Part shown: in pieces, positions 39,604-49,754 of the stretch | How positions within the stretch are numbered: the first letter of the stretch is position 1 | Layout of the letters: each line of letters starts with the position of its first letter | Assembly (NCBI GenBank): GCA_028286905.1 | Contig: JAQBQP010000001.1 | Coordinates: 79,114 to 143,113, forward strand | Source: Candidatus Doudnabacteria bacterium | GTDB lineage: Bacteria > Patescibacteriota > Doudnabacteria > UBA920 > VMFF01 | Length of the DNA: 64,000 nt | Direction: 5' to 3' | The notes under the pieces: generated by a model | Database searches by the model: none | The model's input: the letters and a program-made list of their open reading frames with translations, nothing else | What the model was told of the DNA's origin: nothing | Translations under genes and position numbers: made by a program

Positions 39604-40662
39604 ATGTCATTTAAAATTGGTATCGTCGGTTTACCAAACGTCGGTAAATCTACTCTCTTTAACGCCATTACAAAGAGCAAAGTCGAGGCGGCTAACTACC
39701 CTTTCGCAACAATCGACCCAAACGTCGGTGTTGTTGCAGTGCCTGATGAACGTTTAGCCAAACTTTCTGCTCAAGAAAACTCTGCAAAGATTGTACCTAC
39801 TGTTATTGAGTTTGTAGACATCGCCGGTTTAGTTGCTGGAGCACACAAGGGCGAAGGCTTGGGAAACAAATTTTTAGCGAACATTCGCGAAGTGGATGCA
39901 ATCATGGAAGTGGTGCGATTTTTTGAAGATAAGAATATTATTCACGTTTCAAACACTGTTGATCCGAAAAGAGATGTCGATACAATTGCCATTGAACTTG
40001 GTTTGGCCGATTTACAAACAGTGGAAAAACGTTTGGAAACCGTAACTAAAGAAGCAAAACAAGGAAACAACCGCGAAGCGGTGCAAAAGAAACTGGCTTT
40101 AGATAAATTTCAAAAAGTCTTGGCTGACGGTTTAATGGCTTCTGAAGCAGTCTTAACTGATGAAGAACAGAAGGCTGTAAAAGAGTTACAACTCTTAACA
40201 ACGAAACCGTTTTTATATGTTGCAAATGTCGCAGAAGATGAGGTAGTAAAATTTACGGATCAAAGCTTTATTCCAATCTCCGCAAAAATTGAGAGCGAGC
40301 TTTCAGAGCTGCCAGACGAAGAAAGAGATATCTACTTAAAAGAGTTAGGTATGAATGAATCTGGCTTAGATAAAATTATTCGAACTGCTTATAAAACTTT
40401 GGGGTTAATTACGTTTATAACGGCTGGTCCGATTGAATCAAAGGCTTGGACGGTACCCGCTGGAACGAAAGCCCCCCAAGCGGCAGGTGTAATCCATACA
40501 GATTTTGAAAAAGGTTTTATTCGGGCTGAAGTAATTGCTTGGGACAAACTATTGGAAGCAGGCGGCTATGCTGTAGCAAGAGATAAAGGCTGGCTGCGCG
40601 TTGAAGGTAAAGAATATGTCATGCAAGATGGAGATGTCGTCCATTTTAGAGTAAACGCTTAA
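39604..40662 (+). CDS. ychF: Redox-regulated ATPase YchF
   Basis: [47 protein letters not shown] domain. Confidence 0.98.
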   Translation: MSFKIGIVGLPNVGKSTLFNAITKSKVEAANYPFATIDPNVGVVAVPDERLAKLSAQENSAKIVPTVIEFVDIAGLVAGAHKGEGLGNKFLANIREVDAIMEVVRFFEDKNIIHVSNTVDPKRDVDTIAIELGLADLQTVEKRLETVTKEAKQGNNREAVQKKLALDKFQKVLADGLMASEAVLTDEEQKAVKELQLLTTKPFLYVANVAEDEVVKFTDQSFIPISAKIESELSELPDEERDIYLKELGMNESGLDKIIRTAYKTLGLITFITAGPIESKAWTVPAGTKAPQAAGVIHTDFEKGFIRAEVIAWDKLLEAGGYAVARDKGWLRVEGKEYVMQDGDVVHFRVNA

Positions 40663-40863
40663 ATTTAGAAAAGTGCTTAAAACCCCTAAAAGGGGTTTTA
40701 ATTTTGACTTAACCTGCCAAAAGTATAATAGATGAAGACTACTTAAGATCTTTACAAAATAAGGCCTTTCTGTTACAATCTCACTACAAATGAATAATTA
40801 ATATTCGTCCCGACAATCCTTTTAGGTAGATTGGGGCGATGATGAGAAAGGAATTTGATCATC

Positions 40864-41325
40864 ATGCCAAAATATGAATTGATGTACATCGTTGCGTCAA
40901 CCATTTCTGATGACCAAATCCCCACAGTTACTGATGGGGTTTTAAAATTTATAGCTGACAATGATGGCACAGTCATCAAAGAAGAGCTAATGGGCAAAAA
41001 GAAATTAGCTTACCCAATTAAAAAAACTAGGAATGGTTTTTACGCTGGAGTTACATTTGAAATTCCTGCGCAGAAGGTAAGCGATCTAGATACTAAAGTG
41101 CGTACAGCGCCTGGAATCATCCGACATTTAATCATCGGCATCGATGAAGATTTGGAAAGAATGGCTAAGGACGTTATCGCCCAGGAAGCAATGAACAAGA
41201 ACAGAAACGAACGCGCTAAGACAGCGGCTCCTACTGAAGGCGAATCAGAAGCAACTCCTGTAACAGATGAGAACATCGATCAAAAAATCGAGGATGCCCT
41301 ATCTGAAGATCTTAAGAATGTTTAA
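40864..41325 (+). CDS. rpsF: 30S ribosomal protein S6
   Basis: YELMYIV, GKKKLAYPIKK...G.Y, IIRHLI; precedes ssb-rpsR. Confidence 0.96.
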   Translation: MPKYELMYIVASTISDDQIPTVTDGVLKFIADNDGTVIKEELMGKKKLAYPIKKTRNGFYAGVTFEIPAQKVSDLDTKVRTAPGIIRHLIIGIDEDLERMAKDVIAQEAMNKNRNERAKTAAPTEGESEATPVTDENIDQKIEDALSEDLKNV

Positions 41326-41341
41326 TTAACAATAAACACAT

Positions 41342-41815
41342 ATGGATTTAAATAAGGCTATGATCATCGGTCGTTTGACCCGTGATCCAGAAATTCGAAC
41401 AACACCACAAGGTGCAAATGTATGTTCGTTCTCTATTGCAACAAACTTTGTCTATAAATCTCAATCAGGCGAGAAAGTGGAACAAGTTGAATATCACAAC
41501 ATTGTTGCTTGGAGAAAGCTTGCAGAAATTGCAGGTCAGTACCTAAAAAAGGGCAGCAGAGTGTACGTTGAAGGCAGAATTCAAACCAGATCATGGGATG
41601 CCACTGACGGTCAGAAAAAGAACAGAACTGAAATCGTCATGGATAATATGATCATGTTAGATTCTAAAGGCGGATCCCCTAGCGGATCAATGGGCGGCAA
41701 CTCTTTCGAGAGCGGCTCAAATAATAGTTTTGAAAAATCATTAGAACAAATTCCAACCATTAACCAAGATCAACCGATGGACGAAGAAATCTCGGTTGAA
41801 GATATTCCATTTTAA
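41342..41815 (+). CDS. ssb: Single-stranded DNA-binding protein
   Basis: LNKAMIIGRLTRDPE, YLKKG..VYVEGR.QTRSW, C-terminal EDIPF. Confidence 0.98.
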   Translation: MDLNKAMIIGRLTRDPEIRTTPQGANVCSFSIATNFVYKSQSGEKVEQVEYHNIVAWRKLAEIAGQYLKKGSRVYVEGRIQTRSWDATDGQKKNRTEIVMDNMIMLDSKGGSPSGSMGGNSFESGSNNSFEKSLEQIPTINQDQPMDEEISVEDIPF

Positions 41816-41817
41816 AT

Positions 41818-42033
41818 ATGCAACCTCAAGTAAAAAAGACTTGTTACTTTTGCAGCAATAAAATAAGCGTTGTAGATTTTAAGGATTCTCAAACTTTGAG
41901 AAGATTTATGTCTCCGCATGCAAAAATCTTGTCTCACAACAAAACCGGCACATGTCCGAAGCATCAAAGAATGGTGACCACCGCTTTAAAGCGCGCTCGT
42001 CATATGGCTTTGCTTCCATTCGTAGCTAGCTAA
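41818..42033 (+). CDS. rpsR: 30S ribosomal protein S18 (Zn-binding type)
   Basis: CYFC, DFKD...L.RF, TG.C.KHQR...A.KRAR.MALLPF. Confidence 0.96.
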   Translation: MQPQVKKTCYFCSNKISVVDFKDSQTLRRFMSPHAKILSHNKTGTCPKHQRMVTTALKRARHMALLPFVAS

Positions 42034-42051
42034 AGTTATTAAAAAGAAAAT

Positions 42052-42618
42052 ATGTCTTTAGATATATCAGACGTAAAATTAGGTTTGATCCTTTCTTGGA
42101 ACGGCGAGCCCTACCAAGTTATCTGGTCAAACAGAATGCGAACCGCACAGCGTAAGCCGGTTATGCAAACTAAGCTAAAGCACCTTATCTCTGGAAAAGT
42201 AATTGAATATTCCTTTAAGTTTGGTGAAAAAGTAGATGAAGCTGACGTTACCCGCGAAAGAGCAAACTTCTTATATGCGGATGAAGCTGGCACTCACTAC
42301 ATGAACCAACAGACTTTCGAGACAATCGACATGAATAAAGAAGATACCTCCGAACAGGAAAAGTATCTTAAAGAAAACATGGAAGTGATGATTCTTCGAT
42401 ACAACGGCAATCCCGTTTCAATCGAAATTCCAGTAAAGGTAGAACTAAAAGTTGTTGACGCTCCCCCAAACGTTACTGGTAACTCTGGCGGAAGCGTTAC
42501 CAAGCCGGTAACATTAGAAACCGGTTTAGTGGTACAAGTACCAATGTTCATCAAAGAGGGTGATATGCTCAGCATCGACACTCGTGATGGCGCATACGTA
42601 TCTCGCGCTAGTAACTAA
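42052..42618 (+). CDS. efp: Elongation factor P
   Basis: FLYAD, P.V.GNS, KP.TLETG..VQVPMFIKEGD..IDTR.G.Y.SR. Confidence 0.95.
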   Translation: MSLDISDVKLGLILSWNGEPYQVIWSNRMRTAQRKPVMQTKLKHLISGKVIEYSFKFGEKVDEADVTRERANFLYADEAGTHYMNQQTFETIDMNKEDTSEQEKYLKENMEVMILRYNGNPVSIEIPVKVELKVVDAPPNVTGNSGGSVTKPVTLETGLVVQVPMFIKEGDMLSIDTRDGAYVSRASN

Positions 42619-42630
42619 TCTTAGATAAAT

Positions 42631-42743
42631 AAAAAGACCGACGGGGTCCTGCCGAGGTAGTAATTCTTTGTCTGCTGCTCAATGGGCTGCAAATTCGCAG
42701 CGAGCAAAGAATTCTACCATCGTCACCCCTTGTCGGTCTTTTT
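42631..42743. repeat. 113-nt rod-like imperfect palindrome / terminator between efp and trxB
   Basis: AAAAAGACCGAC...GTCGGTCTTTTT outer arms with nested GGGG/CCCC, GGTAG/CTACC and AATTCTTTG/CAAAGAATT pairings. Confidence 0.7.
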
Positions 42744-42756
42744 ATTTTTAAGCAGT

Positions 42757-43683
42757 TTAGATGTGATGTGCTAGATACTTTTCGACATCAAGCGCGGCCA
42801 TTGTTCCTGCTCCAGCAGCTGTTATCGCCTGCCTATAGCGGTGATCTGCTACATCTCCAGCAATGAACACGCCTTCCACACTGCTTTCCGTGTTATTCTT
42901 TACGATCGCGTAACCTTTTTGATCTAATTCAATCTGACCATTCAAGAACTTTGTACTTGGAGAGTGTCCAATTGCAACGAACATTCCTCCACAAACAAAA
43001 TCTCTTTCTTCACCGGTAACAGAATCTTTTAGACGAACTCCGGAGATTACAGCGTCGCCTAAAACATCTACAATTTGTACATTTGTAATAAATTCTATCT
43101 TCGGATTAGCCTGTGCTCTGCTTAACATAATTTTAGAAGCACGAAACTCTTCGGTGCGATTTAACATCGTTACCTTTGAAGCATATTTAGTTAAAAAAAT
43201 CGCTTCTTCCATTGCGGCGTCTCCCCCGCCGGCCACGACCACTTCTTTATTCTTGAAGAAGAAGCCATCACAAGTGGCACACGCTGAGACACCCTTACCA
43301 CGAAGACGCTGTTCATTTGGTAAGTTTAACCAATTTGCTTCTGCGCCCATCGCTAGAATTACGGTCTTAGTTAAATATTCAGCTTTGTCGGTTTTAATCT
43401 TAAATGGTTTTGCAGAAAAGTCTACTGATTCAACATTTTCTTGCATAATTTTTGTACCGAAACGTTCTGCCTGCTTGGTCATATTAGCCATAAGGTCTGG
43501 TCCCAAAATTCCTTCAGGAAATCCTGGAAAATTTTCTACTTCGGTAGTCTGCATCAACTGTCCGCCTGGGTTAAGTCCAGCAATTAACACCGGCTTAATT
43601 TCTGCTCGAGCAGCATAAATAGCAGCGGTTAAACCCGCTGGACCTGAACCGATAATTACTGTATTTAGTACTTCGTCATTCAT
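42757..43683 (-). CDS. trxB: Thioredoxin reductase
   Basis: GSGPAGLTAAIY, CATCDG, GGGDAAMEEA, AGDV.D..YRQAITAAG. Confidence 0.98.
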   Translation of the reverse strand: MNDEVLNTVIIGSGPAGLTAAIYAARAEIKPVLIAGLNPGGQLMQTTEVENFPGFPEGILGPDLMANMTKQAERFGTKIMQENVESVDFSAKPFKIKTDKAEYLTKTVILAMGAEANWLNLPNEQRLRGKGVSACATCDGFFFKNKEVVVAGGGDAAMEEAIFLTKYASKVTMLNRTEEFRASKIMLSRAQANPKIEFITNVQIVDVLGDAVISGVRLKDSVTGEERDFVCGGMFVAIGHSPSTKFLNGQIELDQKGYAIVKNNTESSVEGVFIAGDVADHRYRQAITAAGAGTMAALDVEKYLAHHI

Positions 43684-43847
43684 AATAGTGCTTTAATGTT
43701 TCTATATTGTAGCAGATTTTAATGTATAATAAACTCCTATTGACTGGGAAGATCGCACCAAAAACCCTAGGATATTCAAGCCGGTGGCTTTACAAAGTAG
43801 CCTAAAAATGATAGAATGTTGAGGCTAATTTCGCCTCAACATCTCAT

Positions 43848-43922
43848 GGCGCTATCGTCTAATGGTTAGGACGCCAGGTTTTCATCCTGGTAATCGGGGT
43901 TCGATTCCCCGTAGCGCTACCA
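43848..43922 (+). tRNA. tRNA-Glu (anticodon TTC)
   Basis: GGCGCTA/TAGCGCT acceptor stem, CCAGG-TTTTCAT-CCTGG anticodon arm, GGTTCGATTCC, encoded CCA. Confidence 0.97.
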
Positions 43923-44113
43923 AAAATACAAGACACCGAAAACGGTGTTTTTGTTTTGTTTCTCATTGAGGCAAACAGAGTTTCCCATGTTCCAAAATAT
44001 GTTTGAATCCTGTTGGTCGGGCAATAAAAGATAGAGTATACTGCTAGTAATTAAGTAATCCACTGGATTTACTCTAAATTTCTTCTCAGTTCTATACTAT
44101 ACTTTATAAAAAC

Positions 44114-44440
44114 ATGGCAACAAGAAATATCACAGCTTACAGATACTTTTTTGGATTAAGCGGGCTGGCTGCCCTTCTTGGAGGACTAGATCTTTTTTCC
44201 AATTTAGATAAATATTTTCCAAATGGTAGTATTATTTGGTTGATACTTTTCTGTTTTCTATTCTTACTGGTGGGAAATAGTGATTATTGGACCAGTAAAA
44301 AGCGTGGGCTAATCACAAATGACTCTGGCACCGCAACAAAAATTAAAAATACCTTCTCCATTTTAAGTATAATATTATCAGTTGCATTTTTAATAGTAAT
44401 CATTGCCTTTATTTACGCACTCATGCATTTCCTTCACTAG
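44114..44440 (+). CDS. Hypothetical 3-TM membrane protein
   Basis: 108-aa ORF with three hydrophobic segments. Confidence 0.7.
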   Translation: MATRNITAYRYFFGLSGLAALLGGLDLFSNLDKYFPNGSIIWLILFCFLFLLVGNSDYWTSKKRGLITNDSGTATKIKNTFSILSIILSVAFLIVIIAFIYALMHFLH

Positions 44441-44520
44441 CTTATTCCAAGTTTTACGCCTGTGTCGAAATGGTTTACCAAAATAAACAAACATGTCAGC
44501 TTGGCTTTCTCCTCTGTATG

Positions 44521-44832
44521 TTAATCTAAAAGTTCATACGAAGATCCAACCAACGTCAGGTTTTCTACTTTTGGAGGGAACTCAGGACCGCTTGCCATAA
44601 GCTCAGTCTGAAAAATTTTAAACGTCTCCAATCCCGTTAATATTTGGTTTGCCGCATCGCTTTCTGTTACAACAAAATGCATAAAGGTTTTTTTATCATC
44701 AAGAACATATGTACTGTAACGGATTCCCGATAGATTTTTAAGCTTGAGCTCTTCCATGACTTTCATTATATTTTTCTTATTTGTTTCAGCGTAGTCGGAA
44801 ACAACGGTGTATTGAATTCTTTTGATTACCAT
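44521..44832 (-). CDS. Dimeric alpha/beta-barrel (ABM-like) protein
   Basis: QYTV......N..I..V..EL......GIRY.TY...D..TFMH pattern resembling ABM-like small proteins. Confidence 0.6.
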   Translation of the reverse strand: MVIKRIQYTVVSDYAETNKKNIMKVMEELKLKNLSGIRYSTYVLDDKKTFMHFVVTESDAANQILTGLETFKIFQTELMASGPEFPPKVENLTLVGSSYELLD

Positions 44833-45026
44833 AAAATTAGAATTTAATTATAGTCTTATTGTATCATTTTAAGCTTTGTTAAAAATATTCTTTATTTAAC
44901 TATTTATTACATCTGAAGCAGTACTGTCAAGAGCTTTATCTAAACGGGACATATTCACAGTACCGCCAGTTTATATATATGCTACAATCTTTCCATTAAT
45001 CCCTCTCTATTGTTTTTAATCCACTA

Positions 45027-46580
45027 ATGCAAAACCCATCTATTGAATCAATCTTCCAGCGCTTCATCACCCCAAAATGGATTGGCTTCTATTTTGGTGC
45101 GGCGGCGGTGTTAGTTCACCTTTTAACTGCCAACGGCTATGGTTACTTTCGTGACGAACTTTACTATTTATCTGCTAGCAAGCATTTAGCTTTAGGTTAT
45201 GTAGATTTTGCTCCAATGATTGCATGGTTGGTTAGACTTAATCGCTATGTACTCGGCGACTCTCTCCTAGCTTTAAGGTTTTTACCAGCACTAGCAAGCG
45301 CGGCGGAAATCTATTTAACTACTCTTATCACCAAAGAACTAGGCGGAAAACGCTTTGCCACGACTTTAGCCTGCCTTTCGGTTTTCATTGCGTCAGGCAT
45401 TCTCAGCATGAACAGCTATATGTCTATGAATGCGTTTGAACCTCTTTTTTGGCTAGGCTGCACATATTTTCTTATTTTGGTTATCAACCGCCAAAACCCA
45501 AAATATTGGATTGGATTTGGAATTATTGCAGGCTTTGGATTTTTAAATAAAGACTCAATGGTCTTTTTCGGACTTGCGTTGCTAACAGGACTATTATTCA
45601 CTAAACATAGGCGATTATTTCTGAGTAAGTGGTTCTTACTAGGTAGCCTTCTGGCGTTTTTAATAATGATGCCTAATTTAGCTTGGGAGTATCAACACCA
45701 ATGGGCGACTTTGCAAGATCTAAGAAACGTCCAGCTTTTAGGGAAAAATACAGTTCTAAGCCCCCAAGCATTTGTTGGCGAACAAGTGTTAGAGTTGCTT
45801 CCGCCAACTGTTCTGGTGTGGCTATTGGGCTTATGGTATTTCTTATTCCACAAAAAAGGGAAGCAATACAGATTTTTAGGTCTGGCTTACCTATTTTTAA
45901 CAATTATTGTAATCGCACTTAAAGGCAAAGTTTATTATATGTTTCCTGTTTATCCGATATTGTTTGCTGGGGGCGGTTTGGCTTGGGAAAAATTATTGTC
46001 GGAACGAAAATTTAGTAAAGCAATTAAAGTTTCGTTTTTGACGATACTAACCCTTTCCGGATTAGTATTCGCGCCAATCGTTTTGCCAATTCTATCCCCT
46101 CAAACCCTTATTCAATACCAAAAATTGTTTGGGTTGCAAGTACCAAAAACCGAAGTTGCCCATTCTGGTCCTCTACCTCAATATTTTGGCGACAGGTTCG
46201 GTTGGCCCGAAATGGTTGCCAATACTGCCGAAGTTTATCATAGCTTAACTACAGATGAACAAAATAAAACGGTCATTTGGGCAAGCAACTACGGCGAAGC
46301 CGGAGCAGTAGACTTCTTTGGACCAAAATTTGGCCTACCTCCTGTAATCAGCGCTCATCAAAATTTTTATTTATGGGGACCCGGGAACCATGATATAAAT
46401 ACGATTATTTTACTTGGGTTTAATCAAACTCGCGCCGAAAAACTATGTACCCAAGTCGAGGCAGCAGGAACTGTAGGCCAACCGTATGCCATGACAGAAG
46501 AACATTTTACGATCTATCTTTGTCGCGGATTGAAACTTCCGTTAAACGAAATTTGGCCACAGGTCAAAGTTTGGAATTAA
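45027..46580 (+). CDS. GT-C fold glycosyltransferase (family 39 / ArnT-PMT-like)
   Basis: GYFRDELYYL...HL..GYVD..P, about 11 TM helices, C-terminal NYGEAGA. Confidence 0.88.
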   Translation: MQNPSIESIFQRFITPKWIGFYFGAAAVLVHLLTANGYGYFRDELYYLSASKHLALGYVDFAPMIAWLVRLNRYVLGDSLLALRFLPALASAAEIYLTTLITKELGGKRFATTLACLSVFIASGILSMNSYMSMNAFEPLFWLGCTYFLILVINRQNPKYWIGFGIIAGFGFLNKDSMVFFGLALLTGLLFTKHRRLFLSKWFLLGSLLAFLIMMPNLAWEYQHQWATLQDLRNVQLLGKNTVLSPQAFVGEQVLELLPPTVLVWLLGLWYFLFHKKGKQYRFLGLAYLFLTIIVIALKGKVYYMFPVYPILFAGGGLAWEKLLSERKFSKAIKVSFLTILTLSGLVFAPIVLPILSPQTLIQYQKLFGLQVPKTEVAHSGPLPQYFGDRFGWPEMVANTAEVYHSLTTDEQNKTVIWASNYGEAGAVDFFGPKFGLPPVISAHQNFYLWGPGNHDINTIILLGFNQTRAEKLCTQVEAAGTVGQPYAMTEEHFTIYLCRGLKLPLNEIWPQVKVWN

Positions 46581-46682
46581 GAATTCTTTAACAAAGCCTG
46601 ACTTTGTTAATTGGATTAACTAAGCCTCTTTTGCTACTATACCTTTATAAGTTCAGTTATTATAATCAGTTAATAAACTTAA

Positions 46683-47099
46683 ATGGAAACAAAAATCAAT
46701 CCAAATGCTGTCCCTCTACCACCTACTCTTAAAATCTGGGAGCACCCGTGGTTCTGGTTTGCGATCGTTACAGTAATATACTGGGTATCAACATTCTTTG
46801 GAGGCACTGCGCTTGGCATCCTACTAGAGTACGTTAGATTTAGAGAAATTATCGGTCTATTTACTCCGATTGGCCCTTTAAGTATATTAGCGACTAATAT
46901 ATACATCCCCGGTACTATTATTGGTTTAATAGTTGGGGAATTTTTACTTAAAGCTCTAAAAGTAAGAGGCCGCCGGGCAATTATCTTCTCTTTAGTGATG
47001 CTTTTAGTTATCACATTATTCTGCGATTTGGTAGCATTAGGGCATTGGGAATCGTTCAATATTCTCTTGGGCAAACCAACTATTCCATCTATTACTTAA
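46683..47099 (+). CDS. Hypothetical membrane protein
   Basis: 138-aa hydrophobic ORF. Confidence 0.7.
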   Translation: METKINPNAVPLPPTLKIWEHPWFWFAIVTVIYWVSTFFGGTALGILLEYVRFREIIGLFTPIGPLSILATNIYIPGTIIGLIVGEFLLKALKVRGRRAIIFSLVMLLVITLFCDLVALGHWESFNILLGKPTIPSIT

Positions 47100-47134
47100 T
47101 AAATTATTATTGTTAATTTAAAAGGAGCAAAATT

Positions 47135-47428
47135 ATGATTATCGTTCAAGATACATTTGTTTGTAAACCCGGGAGTGCCTCTAAGGTGGCCAAGCTATTT
47201 AAAGAGGTTATGTCTGGGGATGGCGAAGTAATGCATATTATGAGTGATATGACCGGTCAGTTTAATCGAGTCGTAATGGTTTCAAAATATGAAAGCTTAA
47301 CCGCATACGAAGAAGCTTTCAAAAAATATATGAACCCAACGCCTGAGATGAAGGAAGCAATGTCAAAAATGGAAGGTTATCAAGAAATGTACCAAACAGG
47401 CAGTCGAGAAATATTCAAGGTTTGGTAA
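47135..47428 (+). CDS. NIPSNAP-like small protein
   Basis: F.CKPG....V..LFKE, DMTG.F..VV....YESL..YE, GSREIF; AAGGAG SD. Confidence 0.7.
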   Translation: MIIVQDTFVCKPGSASKVAKLFKEVMSGDGEVMHIMSDMTGQFNRVVMVSKYESLTAYEEAFKKYMNPTPEMKEAMSKMEGYQEMYQTGSREIFKVW

Positions 47429-47504
47429 ATCGTAACTACTAGCTTACTAATTAAAACACCTCACGATATGAGGTGTTTTAATTTACTGTATATTTAAATA
47501 AGTG

Positions 47505-47915
47505 CTATCTCCAAGCACCAATAATTGCGCCGCCTGCTACATAAATTAACAAGCTGCTTCCAGCGTTTAGCCAGAATAATGTCATCTTGCCGCCCCAAAG
47601 AGTTTCCCCAAATTTTTGAGTGACCAAAAACCCTAACCAAATCCAAAGCGCAGTTACTATTCCGCCCATTATGCTAACTTGGCCGATTCGGTTTATAAAG
47701 AGGGCTAGTACGTAAAATGTTACCAAACTCGCAACGAATTGCCCAAGGTAAGAAAGGTTCATGGTTTTTTTCATCTCAGCTTGTTTTTCTGGAGACCATT
47801 GATTCATTCCAGAAAGCTCGATAAACATTTTACCAAATAGCGGTCCATACCAAATGCTGCCTATGATTATACTAACAATCGAAGCCACCAACACTGCCAA
47901 AAAATTTACTTGCAT
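47505..47915 (-). CDS. DUF1761-family membrane protein
   Basis: VNFLAVLVA......G.IWYGPLFGK, WLGF, four TM helices. Confidence 0.8.
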   Translation of the reverse strand: MQVNFLAVLVASIVSIIIGSIWYGPLFGKMFIELSGMNQWSPEKQAEMKKTMNLSYLGQFVASLVTFYVLALFINRIGQVSIMGGIVTALWIWLGFLVTQKFGETLWGGKMTLFWLNAGSSLLIYVAGGAIIGAWR

Positions 47916-48041
47916 TATATTTTTCACCCCCTTTCAAAGAGTAGTTCTTGGATAAAGTATATACAAATGCGGCATTAACTTCTAGTACAATGGCCAAAAA
48001 ATCAGACATACGCTATATTTATATTAATTAAATACGAACAT

Positions 48042-48584
48042 ATGAGAAAATTGATTGTAACTGAATTTATTACCTTAGATGGTGTAATGGAAGCTCCTCA
48101 TGAATGGTCATTTCCATTTTGGACCCCAGAGATAGCGAAGTTTAAAAAAGAGGAATTATTTAATAGCGACATCCAATTACTGGGTCGGACTACCTACGAA
48201 GGTTTTGCCGAGGCTTGGCCAACAATGCAAGACGAGGAAGGCTTTGCTGATAAAATGAATAGCATGCCTAAAGTTGTGGTTTCTACAACTTTGACAATAC
48301 CCAAGTGGAACAACTCCACAATAATAAAAGGCAACGTAATAGAGGAAATTACCAAGCTAAAACAGCAAGAAGGCAAAGACATTTTAATTGCTGGCAGTGC
48401 TCAGCTTATTCAATCCTTAATGCCACATGACATAATAGACAATTATCAGCTTTTGGTTTATCCAATAATATTGGGAAAGGGTAAACATCTTTTCCCTGAT
48501 GGTATAGCTCCGATCAATTTAAAATTAAATGAAACGAGATCCTATGACTCTGGAGTCGTATTGCTTTCGTATTCTAAGAAATAA
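48042..48584 (+). CDS. Dihydrofolate reductase-like / RibD C-terminal domain protein
   Basis: MRKLIV.EFITLDGV, LLGR.TYE.F, MN..PK.V.STTL, GSAQL, P.ILG.GK.LF. Confidence 0.9.
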   Translation: MRKLIVTEFITLDGVMEAPHEWSFPFWTPEIAKFKKEELFNSDIQLLGRTTYEGFAEAWPTMQDEEGFADKMNSMPKVVVSTTLTIPKWNNSTIIKGNVIEEITKLKQQEGKDILIAGSAQLIQSLMPHDIIDNYQLLVYPIILGKGKHLFPDGIAPINLKLNETRSYDSGVVLLSYSKK

Positions 48585-48587
48585 AAA

Positions 48588-49373
48588 ATGCAAAAATCTT
48601 CTGTGCCAAGCTATGGCCAAATACTAAATAAAGTCCCTGAGATTACAATATTTTTTTGGATTATTAAAATCTTATGTACTACCGTTGGAGAAACTTTCGC
48701 AGACTTCCTAAATACCCGCCTAAACCTGGGATTAACGGGAGTAACCTATGTTACAGGCGCTCTGCTGCTAATAATTTTGTTTTTCCAATTTAGAGCGAAA
48801 AAGTACGTTCCTGGCATTTATTGGTTAGCGGTGGTTTTGATCAGTATTTTCGGAACCTTGATCACTGATAACTTAACTGACAACTTCGGAGTTTCTCTTC
48901 AAACAACAACAATTGTTTTTGCGATTGCCCTAGCAGCAACCTTTAGCGCCTGGTATGCGAGCGAAAAAACATTATCGATTCACACAATATTTACAAAACG
49001 TCGTGAAGCTTTTTATTGGCTGGCGATTCTATTCACCTTCGCTTTAGGAACAGCAGCTGGGGATCTTGTGGCTGAAAGCTTTAGCTTAGGTTATTTAGTG
49101 TCTGCCTTAATTTTTGGCGGATTAATTGTCCTGATTTACCTTGGTCACAAAGCGTTTAAATTAAATGCGGTGTTAGCATTTTGGATCGCTTACATTTTAA
49201 CTAGACCGTTGGGCGCATCGTTAGGCGACTACCTTTCTCAACCTAAAGACAATGGCGGATTAGAACTAGGTACGGTTGTAACTAGCGGAATATTCCTTTT
49301 AGCAATTTTAGCGACGGTAATATACTTATCGATCACTAAAAAAGACGTGAGTGATAAAGAGCTTACAATTTAA
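48588..49373 (+). CDS. COG4705 / DUF347 repeat membrane protein
   Basis: KVPEIT..FWIIKIL.TTVGET.AD, REAFYW.AILFTFALGTA.GD, FW.AYILTRPLGAS.GD. Confidence 0.85.
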   Translation: MQKSSVPSYGQILNKVPEITIFFWIIKILCTTVGETFADFLNTRLNLGLTGVTYVTGALLLIILFFQFRAKKYVPGIYWLAVVLISIFGTLITDNLTDNFGVSLQTTTIVFAIALAATFSAWYASEKTLSIHTIFTKRREAFYWLAILFTFALGTAAGDLVAESFSLGYLVSALIFGGLIVLIYLGHKAFKLNAVLAFWIAYILTRPLGASLGDYLSQPKDNGGLELGTVVTSGIFLLAILATVIYLSITKKDVSDKELTI

Positions 49374-49382
49374 CAATTCCTT

Positions 49383-49652
49383 ATGAATAAACTGCCTTGT
49401 GCACATTTATTAGAAGCAAAAGAAAATGTTAATCCAAAAACCCCAAATGGATGTGAAGAATGTTTGGAAACTGGGGACGCCTGGGTACAACTTCGTTTAT
49501 GCTTAACCTGCGGCCATGTTGGCTGTTGCGATAGCTCAAAAAATAAGCATGCCACCAAACATTTTCACCAGACCAAACATCCGGTAATCAAATCATTTCA
49601 ACCCGGTGATACCTGGAAATGGTGCTACATTGACGAAGCTTTCCTAGAGTAG
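49383..49652 (+). CDS. UBP-type zinc finger protein
   Basis: C.H, GCEEC, WV.LR.C..CGHVGCCD.S..KHA..HF..T.HPVI.S..PG..W.WC..D. Confidence 0.92.
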   Translation: MNKLPCAHLLEAKENVNPKTPNGCEECLETGDAWVQLRLCLTCGHVGCCDSSKNKHATKHFHQTKHPVIKSFQPGDTWKWCYIDEAFLE

Positions 49653-49754
49653 AACCCTAAAATTACAGGATTGCCAAATAGTCCTCCTTATGATATATTC
49701 AGAAATCGGCTAAGCATTGAGCTTAACCACAACCTGAATACCTGAGGAGGATTC

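Noticed and set aside
42631-42743. SRP (4.5S) RNA
   Set aside because: Lacks the conserved domain IV motif (CAGG...GNRA...AGCAG) on either strand and has no evident promoter.
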